A stretch of DNA of 64,000 nt from Candidatus Dojkabacteria bacterium HGW-Dojkabacteria-1 (GTDB lineage: Bacteria > Patescibacteriota > Dojkabacteria > SC72), in NCBI GenBank assembly GCA_002840365.1, contig PHAO01000001.1:168647-232646 (forward strand), in the 5' to 3' direction. Positions within the stretch are counted from its first letter, which is position 1; each line of letters begins with the position of its first letter. The position numbers and the translations under genes are program-made. A model generated the notes under the pieces. The model was not told the origin of the DNA and did not search any database. It worked only from the letters and a program-made list of their open reading frames with translations. This document shows, one piece after another, positions 36,241 to 46,488 of the stretch.

Positions 36241-36993
36241 ATGCCTAAAGAGAAGAAGCAAAAAGCACAAGAGAGTGATGAAATTGTACTTAATTTAGAC
36301 TCTTTTGTAGTACCTCTCTCAATTGTTCTTGCAGGTATTATCATTGCAGCTGCAATCTTTTTCACTAACAACAAGAGTGGTAATCCAAGTGTAGATGGAA
36401 ACAACAACCCAAGTAATCCTGCACAAGAAGAATTTCCTGCTGCTGAGACAACAATTAGTGATGCACCTTTCCTTGGTGACAAAAGTAAAGCAAAGGTAGC
36501 AATTGTAGAATTTACAGACTATCAATGTCCTTACTGTCAAAGACATGATCAAGAAACTAAGAGTCAATTGATACAGGAGTATGTAGATACAGGAAAAGCA
36601 ATATATGTATTTAGAGAATTTCCATTGGATTTCCATGGTCAATTAGCAATTGATAGTGCAAATGCAGCACTTTGTGTAAATGAGATTGGTGGAATAAGTA
36701 AATTTGTTGAATATCACTCTAAGGCCTTTATGGTTGCGGATACAGATGCTTTAAGCAAAGCAGCTCAAGACATGGGAATAGATATGAATAAATATAATAC
36801 ATGTATGGCAGAGAACAGGTATAAGGATAAGATAGACCAAGGTCTTTCAGATGGTATGAAAGCTGGTGTACAAGGTACTCCAGGATTTGTAATAGGTGTA
36901 TTGGATAAAGATGGGAATGTTAAAGGTAAGTTAATTGCTGGAGCATATCCATTTGCATCATTTGATGAGATTCTTAAAGAATATCTTAAGTAA
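36241..36993 (+). CDS. DsbA-like thiol:disulfide oxidoreductase, membrane anchored
   Basis: TM helix then thioredoxin fold with CPYC active site (FTDYQCPYCQRH). Confidence 0.8.
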   Translation: MPKEKKQKAQESDEIVLNLDSFVVPLSIVLAGIIIAAAIFFTNNKSGNPSVDGNNNPSNPAQEEFPAAETTISDAPFLGDKSKAKVAIVEFTDYQCPYCQRHDQETKSQLIQEYVDTGKAIYVFREFPLDFHGQLAIDSANAALCVNEIGGISKFVEYHSKAFMVADTDALSKAAQDMGIDMNKYNTCMAENRYKDKIDQGLSDGMKAGVQGTPGFVIGVLDKDGNVKGKLIAGAYPFASFDEILKEYLK

Positions 36994-37007
36994 GATATAT
37001 TTAGAGA

Positions 37008-37040
37008 TTAAAAAAGGGAGCGTAAGCTCCCTTTTCTTTT
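37008..37040. terminator. bidirectional terminator between the dsbA-like (+) and bactofilin-like (-) genes
   Basis: aaaaagggagc-gtaa-gctcccttttctttt. Confidence 0.7.
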
Positions 37041-37054
37041 TACATATTCCTTAG

Positions 37055-38176
37055 TTATTTCTTCTTCTTTACATCCTTACAAGCTTGGAAAGCATCATAT
37101 TTCATTCTAACTACAGCTCCTACAGTAACCATACTCAAAGTTAATGAGTAAAGTCCTCCAATAAATGGAATTAGTTTAATAATGACGGTTATCAATCTCC
37201 CTACAAGAAGTGAAAGGAACCTCCTCTCATCTTTCTGCTTTGCTAAAGTAAGTACTTTGTGACCTACTGCTGTTTCTGTCCAAAGAGTACCAAATGTTAC
37301 TAAAAATACTAAGATTGCTGTAATTAAGAATGCTAATGGTGCTCCTACAAGTGTTAGAACTAAGATGAATAGTGGGAGTGGTATTGCAAAGAGTACTACT
37401 AATCCAATCGCAAAACTCTTAAGTAAATCTTCCCATGATGTTGTAATCTTTCTCTCTATCGCTAATGTCTTTACTGGTGCTGCATAGATAAGGAGTAAAC
37501 CTACAATATACATTCCTACAAAGCCTACCATTGCTAATCCTAAGTTAAATCCTAGGAAGTCACCTTTTCTAAATTCAAACTTTGGTGCATCTATTACCTT
37601 ACTTTCTTTTGTTGAAACTACTAACTCTCCAGTTACCTTCTCTTCTGCAATGTTAAAGCTTTCACTTGAGATTAAGAAATCACCAGCTACAGAAGCATCA
37701 GAAGAAAGCTGACCTGTTGTTACTCTTACATCGTCTCCAACACTCCCAGCTATCTTTGTTGTACCAGAGGCAATATTAAGGTCTTTACCAATATTTGCAT
37801 CAATATCTACCATCATACTTCCTACATATACATTCTGTCCTAGTGTTCCTTTAAGGCTTACATTTGAACCAAATGCAAATACATTTCCATATATACTACC
37901 TGCAATGCTTACGGTATTACCAAATGCATACAAATCCCCTGTGACCGTTCCATCTACTGTTACATTTTGACCAAAGATAACTAAATCTCCATCTACTACT
38001 CCTCTTACCATTACATTGTCTCCTGCTACATACAAATCATCCTCAACAATGGATTCTGTTTCTAATATGTAATCTCCTTTTTCAAACTGTGCAGCATATG
38101 CACCAAAAGGAAATACAGCCGCAAGAAGTATTGCTAAGAGAGGAAGTAAAAGTAACTTACCCTTTAATTTAAACAT
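37055..38176 (-). CDS. bactofilin-like (polymer-forming cytoskeletal repeat) protein fused to a C-terminal multi-TM region
   Basis: Signal/TM, then tandem beta-helical repeats (VRGVVDGDLVIFGQNVTVDGTVTGDLYAFGNTVSIAGSIYGNVFAFGSNVSLKG...), then 4 hydrophobic helices. Confidence 0.55.
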   Translation of the reverse strand: MFKLKGKLLLLPLLAILLAAVFPFGAYAAQFEKGDYILETESIVEDDLYVAGDNVMVRGVVDGDLVIFGQNVTVDGTVTGDLYAFGNTVSIAGSIYGNVFAFGSNVSLKGTLGQNVYVGSMMVDIDANIGKDLNIASGTTKIAGSVGDDVRVTTGQLSSDASVAGDFLISSESFNIAEEKVTGELVVSTKESKVIDAPKFEFRKGDFLGFNLGLAMVGFVGMYIVGLLLIYAAPVKTLAIERKITTSWEDLLKSFAIGLVVLFAIPLPLFILVLTLVGAPLAFLITAILVFLVTFGTLWTETAVGHKVLTLAKQKDERRFLSLLVGRLITVIIKLIPFIGGLYSLTLSMVTVGAVVRMKYDAFQACKDVKKKK

Positions 38177-38294
38177 TGCTCTTTGTCCTTAAAGTTATAT
38201 CTACTTCTAATATATCACAATGGAAAAGAGGAGTGTATATATTTTGGATTACTTTTTGGGGTATAATGGGGGCGTAAATTTACTTGTATTAGAG

Positions 38295-39242
38295 ATGAAA
38301 TTAATCATATATATGCCTGCTTTAAATGAACAGGAGGGTATTGCAGAAGTAATCAAATCATTACCAAAAGAGATAGAGGGTATAGAGGAGATTAAGGTAT
38401 TAGTTGTAGATGATGGTAGTACAGATGATACAGCAAAGATTGCAAAAGAAAGTGGTGCAGAGGTAGTAAGTCATGCTGTTAACAAGGGTGTAGGAAGAGC
38501 ATTTCAAAGTGCAGTACAGTATGCACTAGAAAAAGGTGGAGATATATTGGTAAGTATTGATGCTGATAGGCAGTTTAATAGTGAGCAAATACCTCATATC
38601 ATCCAACCTATACTTAACAACAAAGCAGATATGGTTACTGGTAATAGGTTTGAGAAGGGTATTCCTTTGAATATGCCAAAGAGTAAGTATTGGGGTAATG
38701 CTCAGATGTCTAAACTAATATCTTTAATTACTGGTCAAAGGTTTAGGGATGTGTCTTGTGGTTTTAGAGCATACAACAGAGAAGCATTACTTAGGTTAAA
38801 TCTTTTTGGTGCTTTTACATATACACAGGAGAGTATATTAGATATGGTATTTAAGGGTTTAAGGGTAGTAGAATTTCCAGTAGAGGTTATATATTTCCCA
38901 CAGAGGAAATCTAGGGTAGCTGGTAGTATTGTTAGGTACGCTTTTGGTACCTTAAATATTATTTTAAGTACATTAAGAGATTACAAGCCTATGGTTTTCT
39001 TCGGTGGTATTGGTGGTATATTAATATTCATTGGTTTAGTTATGGAGATTTTTTTAGGTATTCACTTTTTACTATCTGGAGATTTTACTCCTTTTAAGTT
39101 TGTTGGTTTTACTGGGTTTGCATTTTTAGTATTTGGATTACTTTTAGTAATAGTTGGAATGTTAGCAAATATGTTTAACAGAGTAAGAGTAAATCAAGAA
39201 AAGATACTGTATGAGTTAAAGAAAGAGAGGTATGAGGATTGA
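38295..39242 (+). CDS. GT2 glycosyltransferase, Dpm1/GtrB-like polyprenyl-phosphate sugar transferase with C-terminal TM helices (ORF track starts at 38220)
   Basis: MKLIIYMPALNEQEGI...VLVVDDGSTDDTAKIA...two C-terminal TM helices. Confidence 0.75.
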   Translation: MKLIIYMPALNEQEGIAEVIKSLPKEIEGIEEIKVLVVDDGSTDDTAKIAKESGAEVVSHAVNKGVGRAFQSAVQYALEKGGDILVSIDADRQFNSEQIPHIIQPILNNKADMVTGNRFEKGIPLNMPKSKYWGNAQMSKLISLITGQRFRDVSCGFRAYNREALLRLNLFGAFTYTQESILDMVFKGLRVVEFPVEVIYFPQRKSRVAGSIVRYAFGTLNIILSTLRDYKPMVFFGGIGGILIFIGLVMEIFLGIHFLLSGDFTPFKFVGFTGFAFLVFGLLLVIVGMLANMFNRVRVNQEKILYELKKERYED

Positions 39243-39307
39243 AAAGAGGAGATTACTGATATATAGTATCGGATAAGCTAAATAATATTACTAAATAATA
39301 ATTATTC

Positions 39308-40324
39308 ATGGATAAAGATCAGAAAAACATTTTTAAGGATAAGATTTTACTTATCACTGGAGGTACAGGCTCTTTTGGCAATAAAGTTCTTAAGAGATTT
39401 CTAGATTCTGATATAAAAGAAATTAGAATTTTCTCAAGAGACGAGAAAAAACAGGATGATATGAGGAGAAAGTATATGAATGATAAGATTAAATTCTATA
39501 TTGGAGATGTTAGAGATCTTGCCTCCGTAGATAATGCCATGGATGATGTTAATTTTGTATTTCAAGCAGCAGCATTAAAACAGGTTCCTTCTTGTGAATT
39601 CTTTCCTCTAGAAGCTGTTCGTACAAATATCTTAGGTACCGACAATGTAGTTAATTCAGCAATAAATCATGGAGTTGAGAAAGTTATATGTTTAAGTACA
39701 GATAAAGCAGCATATCCAATTAATGCAATGGGAATGAGTAAAGCCTTAATGGAGAAGGCAGCTATTGCTAGAGCTCGTACAGAAAGTACTAAGACAAAAA
39801 TTTGTGTAACAAGATATGGAAATGTAATGGGTTCAAGAGGTTCTGTTATTCCTCTTTTCTATAAGTTAATAGAAGAGGGTTCACCTTTGACTTTAACTAA
39901 CCCTGAAATGACAAGATTTATGATGACTCTTGAAGATGCCGTAGATTTAGTACTTTTTGCATTTGAGCATGGTAATACTGGAGATCTGTTTGTTCAGAAA
40001 GCTCCTGCTGCAACCATAGATATACTTGCACAGGCAGTCTGTAAGCACAGAGGTGTTCCTGTTAATACCAAGGTAATAGGTACAAGGCATGGAGAGAAGC
40101 AAGATGAGACTTTAGTTACTAGGGAGGAAATGATGAAATCTGAGGATTTAGGTAATTACTTTAGGATTAGTATGGATGATAGGAATTTAAACTATGGTAA
40201 GTACTTTGAAAAAGGTAAAAAAGAAGTTGTGAAGATTACAGAATATTCCTCAGATAATACAGAAAGACTTGATTTAGAAGGTATGATGAAACTCTTAGTT
40301 AAAATGGGAGAAATAGAAGAATGA
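39308..40324 (+). CDS. UDP-N-acetylglucosamine 4,6-dehydratase (CapE/FnlA/WbvB type)
   Basis: N-terminus KILLITGGTGSFGNKVLKRFLDSDIKEIRIFSRDEKKQDDMRRKY..KFYIGDVRD is almost identical in pattern to S. aureus Cap5E/Cap8E as I recall it; 338 aa. Confidence 0.85.
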   Translation: MDKDQKNIFKDKILLITGGTGSFGNKVLKRFLDSDIKEIRIFSRDEKKQDDMRRKYMNDKIKFYIGDVRDLASVDNAMDDVNFVFQAAALKQVPSCEFFPLEAVRTNILGTDNVVNSAINHGVEKVICLSTDKAAYPINAMGMSKALMEKAAIARARTESTKTKICVTRYGNVMGSRGSVIPLFYKLIEEGSPLTLTNPEMTRFMMTLEDAVDLVLFAFEHGNTGDLFVQKAPAATIDILAQAVCKHRGVPVNTKVIGTRHGEKQDETLVTREEMMKSEDLGNYFRISMDDRNLNYGKYFEKGKKEVVKITEYSSDNTERLDLEGMMKLLVKMGEIEE

Positions 40325-41187
40325 AAATATTACTCTTAGGATCTGATGGAATGCTTGGTCATGTAGTAAAGACCTATTTCGAAGAAAAAGGACATGAGGT
40401 AGTTTGTACAACGAGAAGAGATAAAGACTCGAAGTTGTATTTTGAAATAAAAGATTCTCTTGATGGTCTTGAAGGAGTAATAAAAGAAGTTAAGCCTGGG
40501 ATAGTTATAAACTGTATTGGAATACTTAACAAAGCAGCTGAAGATTACAAAGCTTTAGCAGTATTAATTAATAGCTATTTGCCCCATTATTTAGATGAAC
40601 TTTCTGAAACCTATAAATACAAATTTATACATGTAAGTACTGATTGTGTATTTGATGGAAAAGAGGGTAACTATAATGAAGATAGCGTGCCTAATGAAAT
40701 AAGCTTCTATGGAAGATCTAAAGCTCTAGGTGAAGTAATTAATGATAGGAGTGTAACATTAAGAACCTCTATTGTAGGTCCTGATATCAATGAAAAAGGT
40801 ATTGGTCTTTTCAAATGGTTTATGGACCAAGAAGGAGAGGTTGGTGGTTATGATAAAGTGCTATGGACAGGAGTTACCACTATCTGGTTTGCAAAATGTA
40901 TGGAGATTGCAATAGAGAAAAAGCTTACTGGATTACATCACTGTGTAAATAACGAAACGATAAGTAAATATGACCTTCTAGATTTGTTTAAGAAATATTT
41001 TGATAAAGATATCACAATAAATCATAACCCGGATGTAGTAAGTGAAAAGACACTTGTTAGAACAGAGAAGAGTTTTGATTTCGGTATTCCTAGCTATGAT
41101 CAAATGGTAAAAGAAATGAGAGAGTGGGTGTTAAATCACAAAGAAATGTACCCTGATTTAATACAGGGAATTGAAGTAAAAAATTAA
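40321..41187 (+). CDS. RmlD-like NAD(P)H-dependent 4-reductase (short WbvR-like form, no cupin domain)
   Basis: MKILLLGSDGMLGHVV Rossmann N-terminus; 288 aa; translationally coupled to the dehydratase. Confidence 0.7.
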   Translation: MKILLLGSDGMLGHVVKTYFEEKGHEVVCTTRRDKDSKLYFEIKDSLDGLEGVIKEVKPGIVINCIGILNKAAEDYKALAVLINSYLPHYLDELSETYKYKFIHVSTDCVFDGKEGNYNEDSVPNEISFYGRSKALGEVINDRSVTLRTSIVGPDINEKGIGLFKWFMDQEGEVGGYDKVLWTGVTTIWFAKCMEIAIEKKLTGLHHCVNNETISKYDLLDLFKKYFDKDITINHNPDVVSEKTLVRTEKSFDFGIPSYDQMVKEMREWVLNHKEMYPDLIQGIEVKN

Positions 41188-41205
41188 TATTAAACAATAT
41201 CTCAT

Positions 41206-42315
41206 ATGAAAGTAATGACTATAGTTGGTACAAGACCAGAAATTATTAAACTTTCTACAGTTATTCCTGAGTTAGACAAATTTACAGAACATATTCTTGT
41301 TCATACAGGACAAAACTATGACTATGAATTAAATGAGATATTTTTTGAGGGTATGGGTATTAGAAAACCTGATATTTTTATGAATGCTGCTGGAGAAACT
41401 CCTGCTGAAACAATAGGGAATGTTATTAAAATTTCTGATGAACTTTTTAAAGAGCACAAGCCAGATGCATTACTTCTATATGGTGATACAAACTCTTGTT
41501 TAGCTGTGATATCTGCAAAGAGAAACAAGATTCCTGTATTTCATATGGAAGCAGGTAATAGATGTTTTGATCAAAGAGTACCAGAGGAAATTAATAGAAA
41601 GATTGTTGACCATTTGAGTGATATTAATATGACTATCACAGAGCATGCTAGAAAGTATTTAGTTGCAGAGGGTATTCCTGCAGAGACAGTTATTAAAGTC
41701 GGTTCTAGTATGAAGGAGGTTCTAGAGAAGAACAAGGAGAGTATAGAGAGTAGTGATGTCTTAAATAGGTTGGATGTTAGAGAGAAAGATTATTTTGTTT
41801 TAAGTGTTCATAGGGAAGAGAATTTAGATGATCCTAAAAATCTACAAGCTTTAGTAGATTCAATCAATGCAGTTGCAGAGAGATTTGGTAAACCTATTAT
41901 CTTCTCTACACATCCTAGAACACAAAAGAAGATTGAAGCTGGTGATATTGTATTTAATCCTTTGGTTAGAATAATGAAGCCTTTGGGTTTTGCTGATTAT
42001 ATTAAATTACAGAAGAATGCTTTTTGTGTTATTTCTGATAGTGGAACAATAGCAGAGGAGTCATCATTATTAGGATTTCCTGCAATTACTGTAAGACAAG
42101 CACATGAGAGACCTGAGGGTATGGATGAGGGTACTGTTATCATGAGTAACTTAGATAAAGAAAGTGTTGTTAATTCAATAAGGGTAGTTACAGAACAGGG
42201 AATAAGGATGAGGGTAGTAGATGATTATAATAATGATATATTAGCTGCAAAGGTTGTAAGAATAATATTAAGTTACACAGGGTATATTAATAGGACTGTA
42301 TGGAAGAGGTATTAA
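41206..42315 (+). CDS. UDP-N-acetylglucosamine 2-epimerase (non-hydrolysing; CapG/FnlC/WbvD-like)
   Basis: MKVMTIVGTRPEIIKLSTVI...HTGQNYDYELNEIFF...DSGTIAEESS; 369 aa. Confidence 0.85.
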   Translation: MKVMTIVGTRPEIIKLSTVIPELDKFTEHILVHTGQNYDYELNEIFFEGMGIRKPDIFMNAAGETPAETIGNVIKISDELFKEHKPDALLLYGDTNSCLAVISAKRNKIPVFHMEAGNRCFDQRVPEEINRKIVDHLSDINMTITEHARKYLVAEGIPAETVIKVGSSMKEVLEKNKESIESSDVLNRLDVREKDYFVLSVHREENLDDPKNLQALVDSINAVAERFGKPIIFSTHPRTQKKIEAGDIVFNPLVRIMKPLGFADYIKLQKNAFCVISDSGTIAEESSLLGFPAITVRQAHERPEGMDEGTVIMSNLDKESVVNSIRVVTEQGIRMRVVDDYNNDILAAKVVRIILSYTGYINRTVWKRY

Positions 42316-42566
42316 AGAAACAAATGGAAATCAAAGAAAAGGATAGAAAATATGATTACACATCATTGGAATCCCAGTTGTTACTGCAAGAAACGACCCA
42401 GATAATTGCAGAAGTTACAAAATATTGTAGAGATCTTGAATGGAAGATTACATCTCTGGAAATGGAGCTGGAAAAACACGGGAGAATAAGATTTATGGTT
42501 AAGAAGATTTTCTCTAAGTTATTCACTTCTTTAAAAATAAATATTTTAAAACTTGTGGGAAAGTAG
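42300..42566 (+). CDS. hypothetical small coiled-coil protein (88 aa)
   Basis: ORF only. Confidence 0.3.
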   Translation: MEEVLKKQMEIKEKDRKYDYTSLESQLLLQETTQIIAEVTKYCRDLEWKITSLEMELEKHGRIRFMVKKIFSKLFTSLKINILKLVGK

Positions 42567-42599
42567 TTGAAAGCAATTAACATAAAAATGTTTCTTTAA

Positions 42600-43850
42600 A
42601 TGAGAATTTTGCAAGTTAACGAGATAGACCTCCCAGGTAGAAGATTTAATGGTTATGATCTTCAGTTAATGCTGAATAAGAAAGGATATGAAGCAAAACA
42701 ACTTGTTTGCAATAAGATGAGTCGAGATAAAAATGTAATCTCTTTTCTTCCTACTCAATCAGATTTTTTTATTAGAGAACTCTGCAAAAGATTTGAAGAA
42801 AAAGTCTCACTTCAATCTGTTATTTATCCATATGGAGAATTAATGAAGGATATGGATGAATTCAAGGAGGCAGATATCGTTCACTACCATCTGATATTCA
42901 ATCATTTTATGTCAATGTATTCTTTTAAGGATTTGGTACAAACTAAGCCTAGTGTATGGACTTTGCATGACCCTTGGGCATTAACGGGACATTGTGTTCA
43001 TCCCATTGATTGTGACGGATGGTTGACAGGGTGTCACAATTGTAAGCATTTAGAGAGATATTCACCTTTAACAAGAAACTCAGCTCATAGCATTTGGGAG
43101 ATAAAGCGTCAAATTTATAGCCAAATAGATTTAGATATTGTTGTAGCCTCAAATTGGATGTTGGATTTAGTAAAACGTAGTCCATTAACTTCTCATTTTA
43201 AAAATATTCATCTAATACCTTTTGGTATAGACACGAATATTTTCAAGAAAAAGAATAATGTAGAAGAACTAAGAAAAAAGGAGGAAATATCAAAGGATAG
43301 TTTTGTGATCATGTTTAGGCAAGATGATCAAGAATGGAAAGGATTGTCATATATTAAAGAGGTGCTTTCTAATATGAAGAAGTCAGAAAAAATTGTATTC
43401 ATTACTGTTGGAAAAACTGGTTTGTTGGATGAATATAAAGACAAATTTAAAATCATTGAACATAGTTGGATTAATAATCCTGAAGAGATGGTCAAATTGT
43501 ATTCTATTTCGGATTTGTTTCTTATGCCTTCAGTTGCAGAATCCTTTGGTTTAATGGCTGTAGAAGCAATGTCATGTTCACTCCCTGTAATTGTATCTGA
43601 AGGAACAGCTTTACCTGGAGTTACCTTTGCTCCAGATTGCGGTATTGAGTTAAAGAAAGGTGACACCAAGGAATTTATTGAAACGATTCTTAGACTGATC
43701 TCTTCACCAGAGGAATGTACAAGTAGGGGAAAAAGGAGTAGAAAGTTGGTGGAAAAACACTATAATATAGAGAGATATAATAAAGATTTGATAAATTTAT
43801 ATAAAGAAATACTCAAAAGAAATAAATCTAATTCAAAAAGAATAAAATGA
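42600..43850 (+). CDS. GT4-family glycosyltransferase
   Basis: ESFGLMAVEAMSCSLPVIVSEGTALP (EX7E motif). Confidence 0.8.
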   Translation: MRILQVNEIDLPGRRFNGYDLQLMLNKKGYEAKQLVCNKMSRDKNVISFLPTQSDFFIRELCKRFEEKVSLQSVIYPYGELMKDMDEFKEADIVHYHLIFNHFMSMYSFKDLVQTKPSVWTLHDPWALTGHCVHPIDCDGWLTGCHNCKHLERYSPLTRNSAHSIWEIKRQIYSQIDLDIVVASNWMLDLVKRSPLTSHFKNIHLIPFGIDTNIFKKKNNVEELRKKEEISKDSFVIMFRQDDQEWKGLSYIKEVLSNMKKSEKIVFITVGKTGLLDEYKDKFKIIEHSWINNPEEMVKLYSISDLFLMPSVAESFGLMAVEAMSCSLPVIVSEGTALPGVTFAPDCGIELKKGDTKEFIETILRLISSPEECTSRGKRSRKLVEKHYNIERYNKDLINLYKEILKRNKSNSKRIK

Positions 43851-44845
43851 GTGTAAAAAAGAAAGAATACAAAATCTCAGTTATTATTCCTTGCTACAAT
43901 CAGGGGAAGTTTGTTGACGATGCCGTGGATTCTGTACTGAAGCAAACATATCAGAATTTCGAAATTATAATAATTAATGATGGATCTACAGACGAATTTA
44001 CAAACAATTTACTAAAAAATTATAATAAACCTAATACGGAGGTTTACCACACGAAGAATCAGGGACTAGCAAGTACAAGAAATTATGGTTTCCAGCTATC
44101 TACTGGCGATTTAATACAATTTCTAGATGCTGATGATTTTTTGGATGAGAGGAAATTTGAAGTACAGATTAAAGAATTCCAAGAGGATGATTCACTAGAT
44201 GTTTCCTATACAAATTACCAATATTTTTATGATGCGTCTGAAAAATATTCGGAGTCTCAGATGGAGGATAAATTAGGTAGTAATCCTTTTGATGATTTTA
44301 TATATAAATGGCAGAGAGGTTTGAGTATCCCAATACATTGTGGATTATTTAAAAAGTCTATTTTTGGTAAATCAGATCCTTTCATTGGAGGATTTAAGGC
44401 TATTGAGGACTGGATTATGTGGGTTATGATTGCAAAGAAAGGTTGTAGATTTAAATATTTAGAGAAAAGCTTAGCGTTTTACAGAATTCAATCTGGAAAT
44501 ATGACTAAGAATAAAGAATTTATGTTCTATTGGGTTGCTAGGGCTGTCGCTTATATCGCAGAGAATTTTATAGAGACGGAAGATTCAGAAAAATTCAATT
44601 CACAACAAGAGAAGTATTTGAAGCAGCTTGTTGAATCCTTTTATATTTCGAATATAGAAAATGAATTTTCTAAAAGAAAGGAAGAAATACTTAAGATTCA
44701 TTTAGAGGAGGAGGAAAGATTGAACAATCTCTTACAAGAATCAGAATTAAGATATCATAAGTTAATTACCTCCAGGACATATAGGTTTGGAGAAAAATTA
44801 TTATGGTTACCCAAGAAAATAAGAAGCTTGATATCACACCAATAA
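43847..44845 (+). CDS. GT2-family glycosyltransferase
   Basis: ISVIIPCYNQGKFVDDAVDSVLKQTYQNFEIIIINDGSTD...DADD. Confidence 0.8.
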   Translation: MSVKKKEYKISVIIPCYNQGKFVDDAVDSVLKQTYQNFEIIIINDGSTDEFTNNLLKNYNKPNTEVYHTKNQGLASTRNYGFQLSTGDLIQFLDADDFLDERKFEVQIKEFQEDDSLDVSYTNYQYFYDASEKYSESQMEDKLGSNPFDDFIYKWQRGLSIPIHCGLFKKSIFGKSDPFIGGFKAIEDWIMWVMIAKKGCRFKYLEKSLAFYRIQSGNMTKNKEFMFYWVARAVAYIAENFIETEDSEKFNSQQEKYLKQLVESFYISNIENEFSKRKEEILKIHLEEEERLNNLLQESELRYHKLITSRTYRFGEKLLWLPKKIRSLISHQ

Positions 44846-44863
44846 TATTTATATGTTATTTAA

Positions 44864-45556
44864 ATGTTCGGATTATTTAGAAAAAGGGAAAAAATACTAT
44901 TATACACCGACAGTAGAGGTGACAATATTCCGGGGCAATTAGATTATGATCACTATGGTGTCTTGCTTTCGAAGAGATATAAAGTAGAAAAATATCTTTG
45001 TCCTGAGAAATGGACAACAACATTGGATTTTTTGGATCTTGTTCAGAAAAAAGATTTAAATAAATATGATTTTGTCATACTTCATACTGGAATTGTTGAT
45101 CATTCTCCTAGACATCAAAAAATAGCTAATGAAAATATCTATCCTGATAAAAAGCAGATATTCGATAAAATCTTTGGTGAAGAGATAATAAAGGGGTATT
45201 TGTCTAAAGACTTCGGCTTGGAATACGAAGGTGATAAGACTATAAATTTATATTCACTCGATATGGCAGAGCGATATTTGATTCCGGAATTAAATAAAAT
45301 TCCCAATTTAATATGGATAAGTAGTAACAAGATAGTACCCAACTGGAATGGTAATTATTGGAAAGAAAGACCGAAAAATATCCGTCTCATTGAGGAATAC
45401 TCGAATTTATTTATTTCTAAATTAGGTGGAGAAAAAGTAATAAATCTAATGACTTGGAGTGAAGAGGAAATTAAGAAATACACTTTTGATAATATGCATC
45501 CAAACAAAGCGGGCAGTGATTATATACTTAGACAGATTGAGAAAAAGATAAATTAA
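44864..45556 (+). CDS. SGNH/GDSL-like hydrolase (possible glycan O-acetylesterase/acyltransferase)
   Basis: N-terminal LYTDSRG (block I-like) and C-terminal DNMHPNKAG (DxxH block V). Confidence 0.45.
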   Translation: MFGLFRKREKILLYTDSRGDNIPGQLDYDHYGVLLSKRYKVEKYLCPEKWTTTLDFLDLVQKKDLNKYDFVILHTGIVDHSPRHQKIANENIYPDKKQIFDKIFGEEIIKGYLSKDFGLEYEGDKTINLYSLDMAERYLIPELNKIPNLIWISSNKIVPNWNGNYWKERPKNIRLIEEYSNLFISKLGGEKVINLMTWSEEEIKKYTFDNMHPNKAGSDYILRQIEKKIN

Positions 45557-45567
45557 CGACATCTATC

Positions 45568-46488
45568 GTGTCACTTATAACATTAAAAAATTTCCTATTA
45601 TCAAAAGATCTTGGATTAATAAAAAAGATTAATGTTCTTAGATTCTTTGGATTTGATAGTTCCTTCTTTTATAAACTAAATATAGAAATAGTCTCCCTGT
45701 ATAATTCGTGTAAAGAAAATAACATAAAATATCTATCTCATAATCAGAAGGAAGGGAAAATATACTTTAGATATAATGAAAAATATATATTAGTTTCGGA
45801 TTATTCTGTTGCAACTATTGTTCAGATTTTTGCTTATAGAAACTATGACTTTGCTTTCCCAGAAAGCGATAATGGTTATTTAGTCTTCGATATTGGTATG
45901 AACAAGGGTTATTCTAGTATGTGGTTTGCAATGCAACCGAATATAAAGAAGGTAATAGGATATGAGGTAAATGAGGAATTAAGTGAATATATTGATGAGA
46001 ATAGGAAGCTGAACAAGCAACTATTCAAAAAGATAAAATCAAATACATTTGGTTTGGCAGGTAAGTCGAAGGAAACAACATTGCGATATCTGAAAAATGA
46101 TGACGGGGTTAGTACTATTAGGGAAGACTTCTATCTAAAATATTGGTCAGAGGATAGAAAGAATGGAGTTAAGGAGAAAAAAGTGAAAGTTAAAGAAGCA
46201 AGTAGTGAAATTAATAAATATTTAAAAGAGTTCCCCAACAGTAATTATATTTTAAAAATAGATGTAGAGGGGTCCGAATATGAAATAATTTCGAATTTAG
46301 CAAAAAAAGAGTTGTTGAACAAATTTGATATAATCGTTGGAGAAACTCATTCAGGATTTAAAGATATTGAAAGGCATCTAAATTGTTTTACTATCGAAAA
46401 TTTGGAAAATTTTGCAGGAGACTTAAATACTTTTGTAGCATTTAATAAAAAATATAAAAAAGGAAAATATAATGAAAAAATTTCTTAA
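45568..46488 (+). CDS. FkbM-family methyltransferase
   Basis: ILKIDVEGSEYEI hallmark; VFDIGMNKGYSS SAM-binding region. Confidence 0.7.
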   Translation: MSLITLKNFLLSKDLGLIKKINVLRFFGFDSSFFYKLNIEIVSLYNSCKENNIKYLSHNQKEGKIYFRYNEKYILVSDYSVATIVQIFAYRNYDFAFPESDNGYLVFDIGMNKGYSSMWFAMQPNIKKVIGYEVNEELSEYIDENRKLNKQLFKKIKSNTFGLAGKSKETTLRYLKNDDGVSTIREDFYLKYWSEDRKNGVKEKKVKVKEASSEINKYLKEFPNSNYILKIDVEGSEYEIISNLAKKELLNKFDIIVGETHSGFKDIERHLNCFTIENLENFAGDLNTFVAFNKKYKKGKYNEKIS

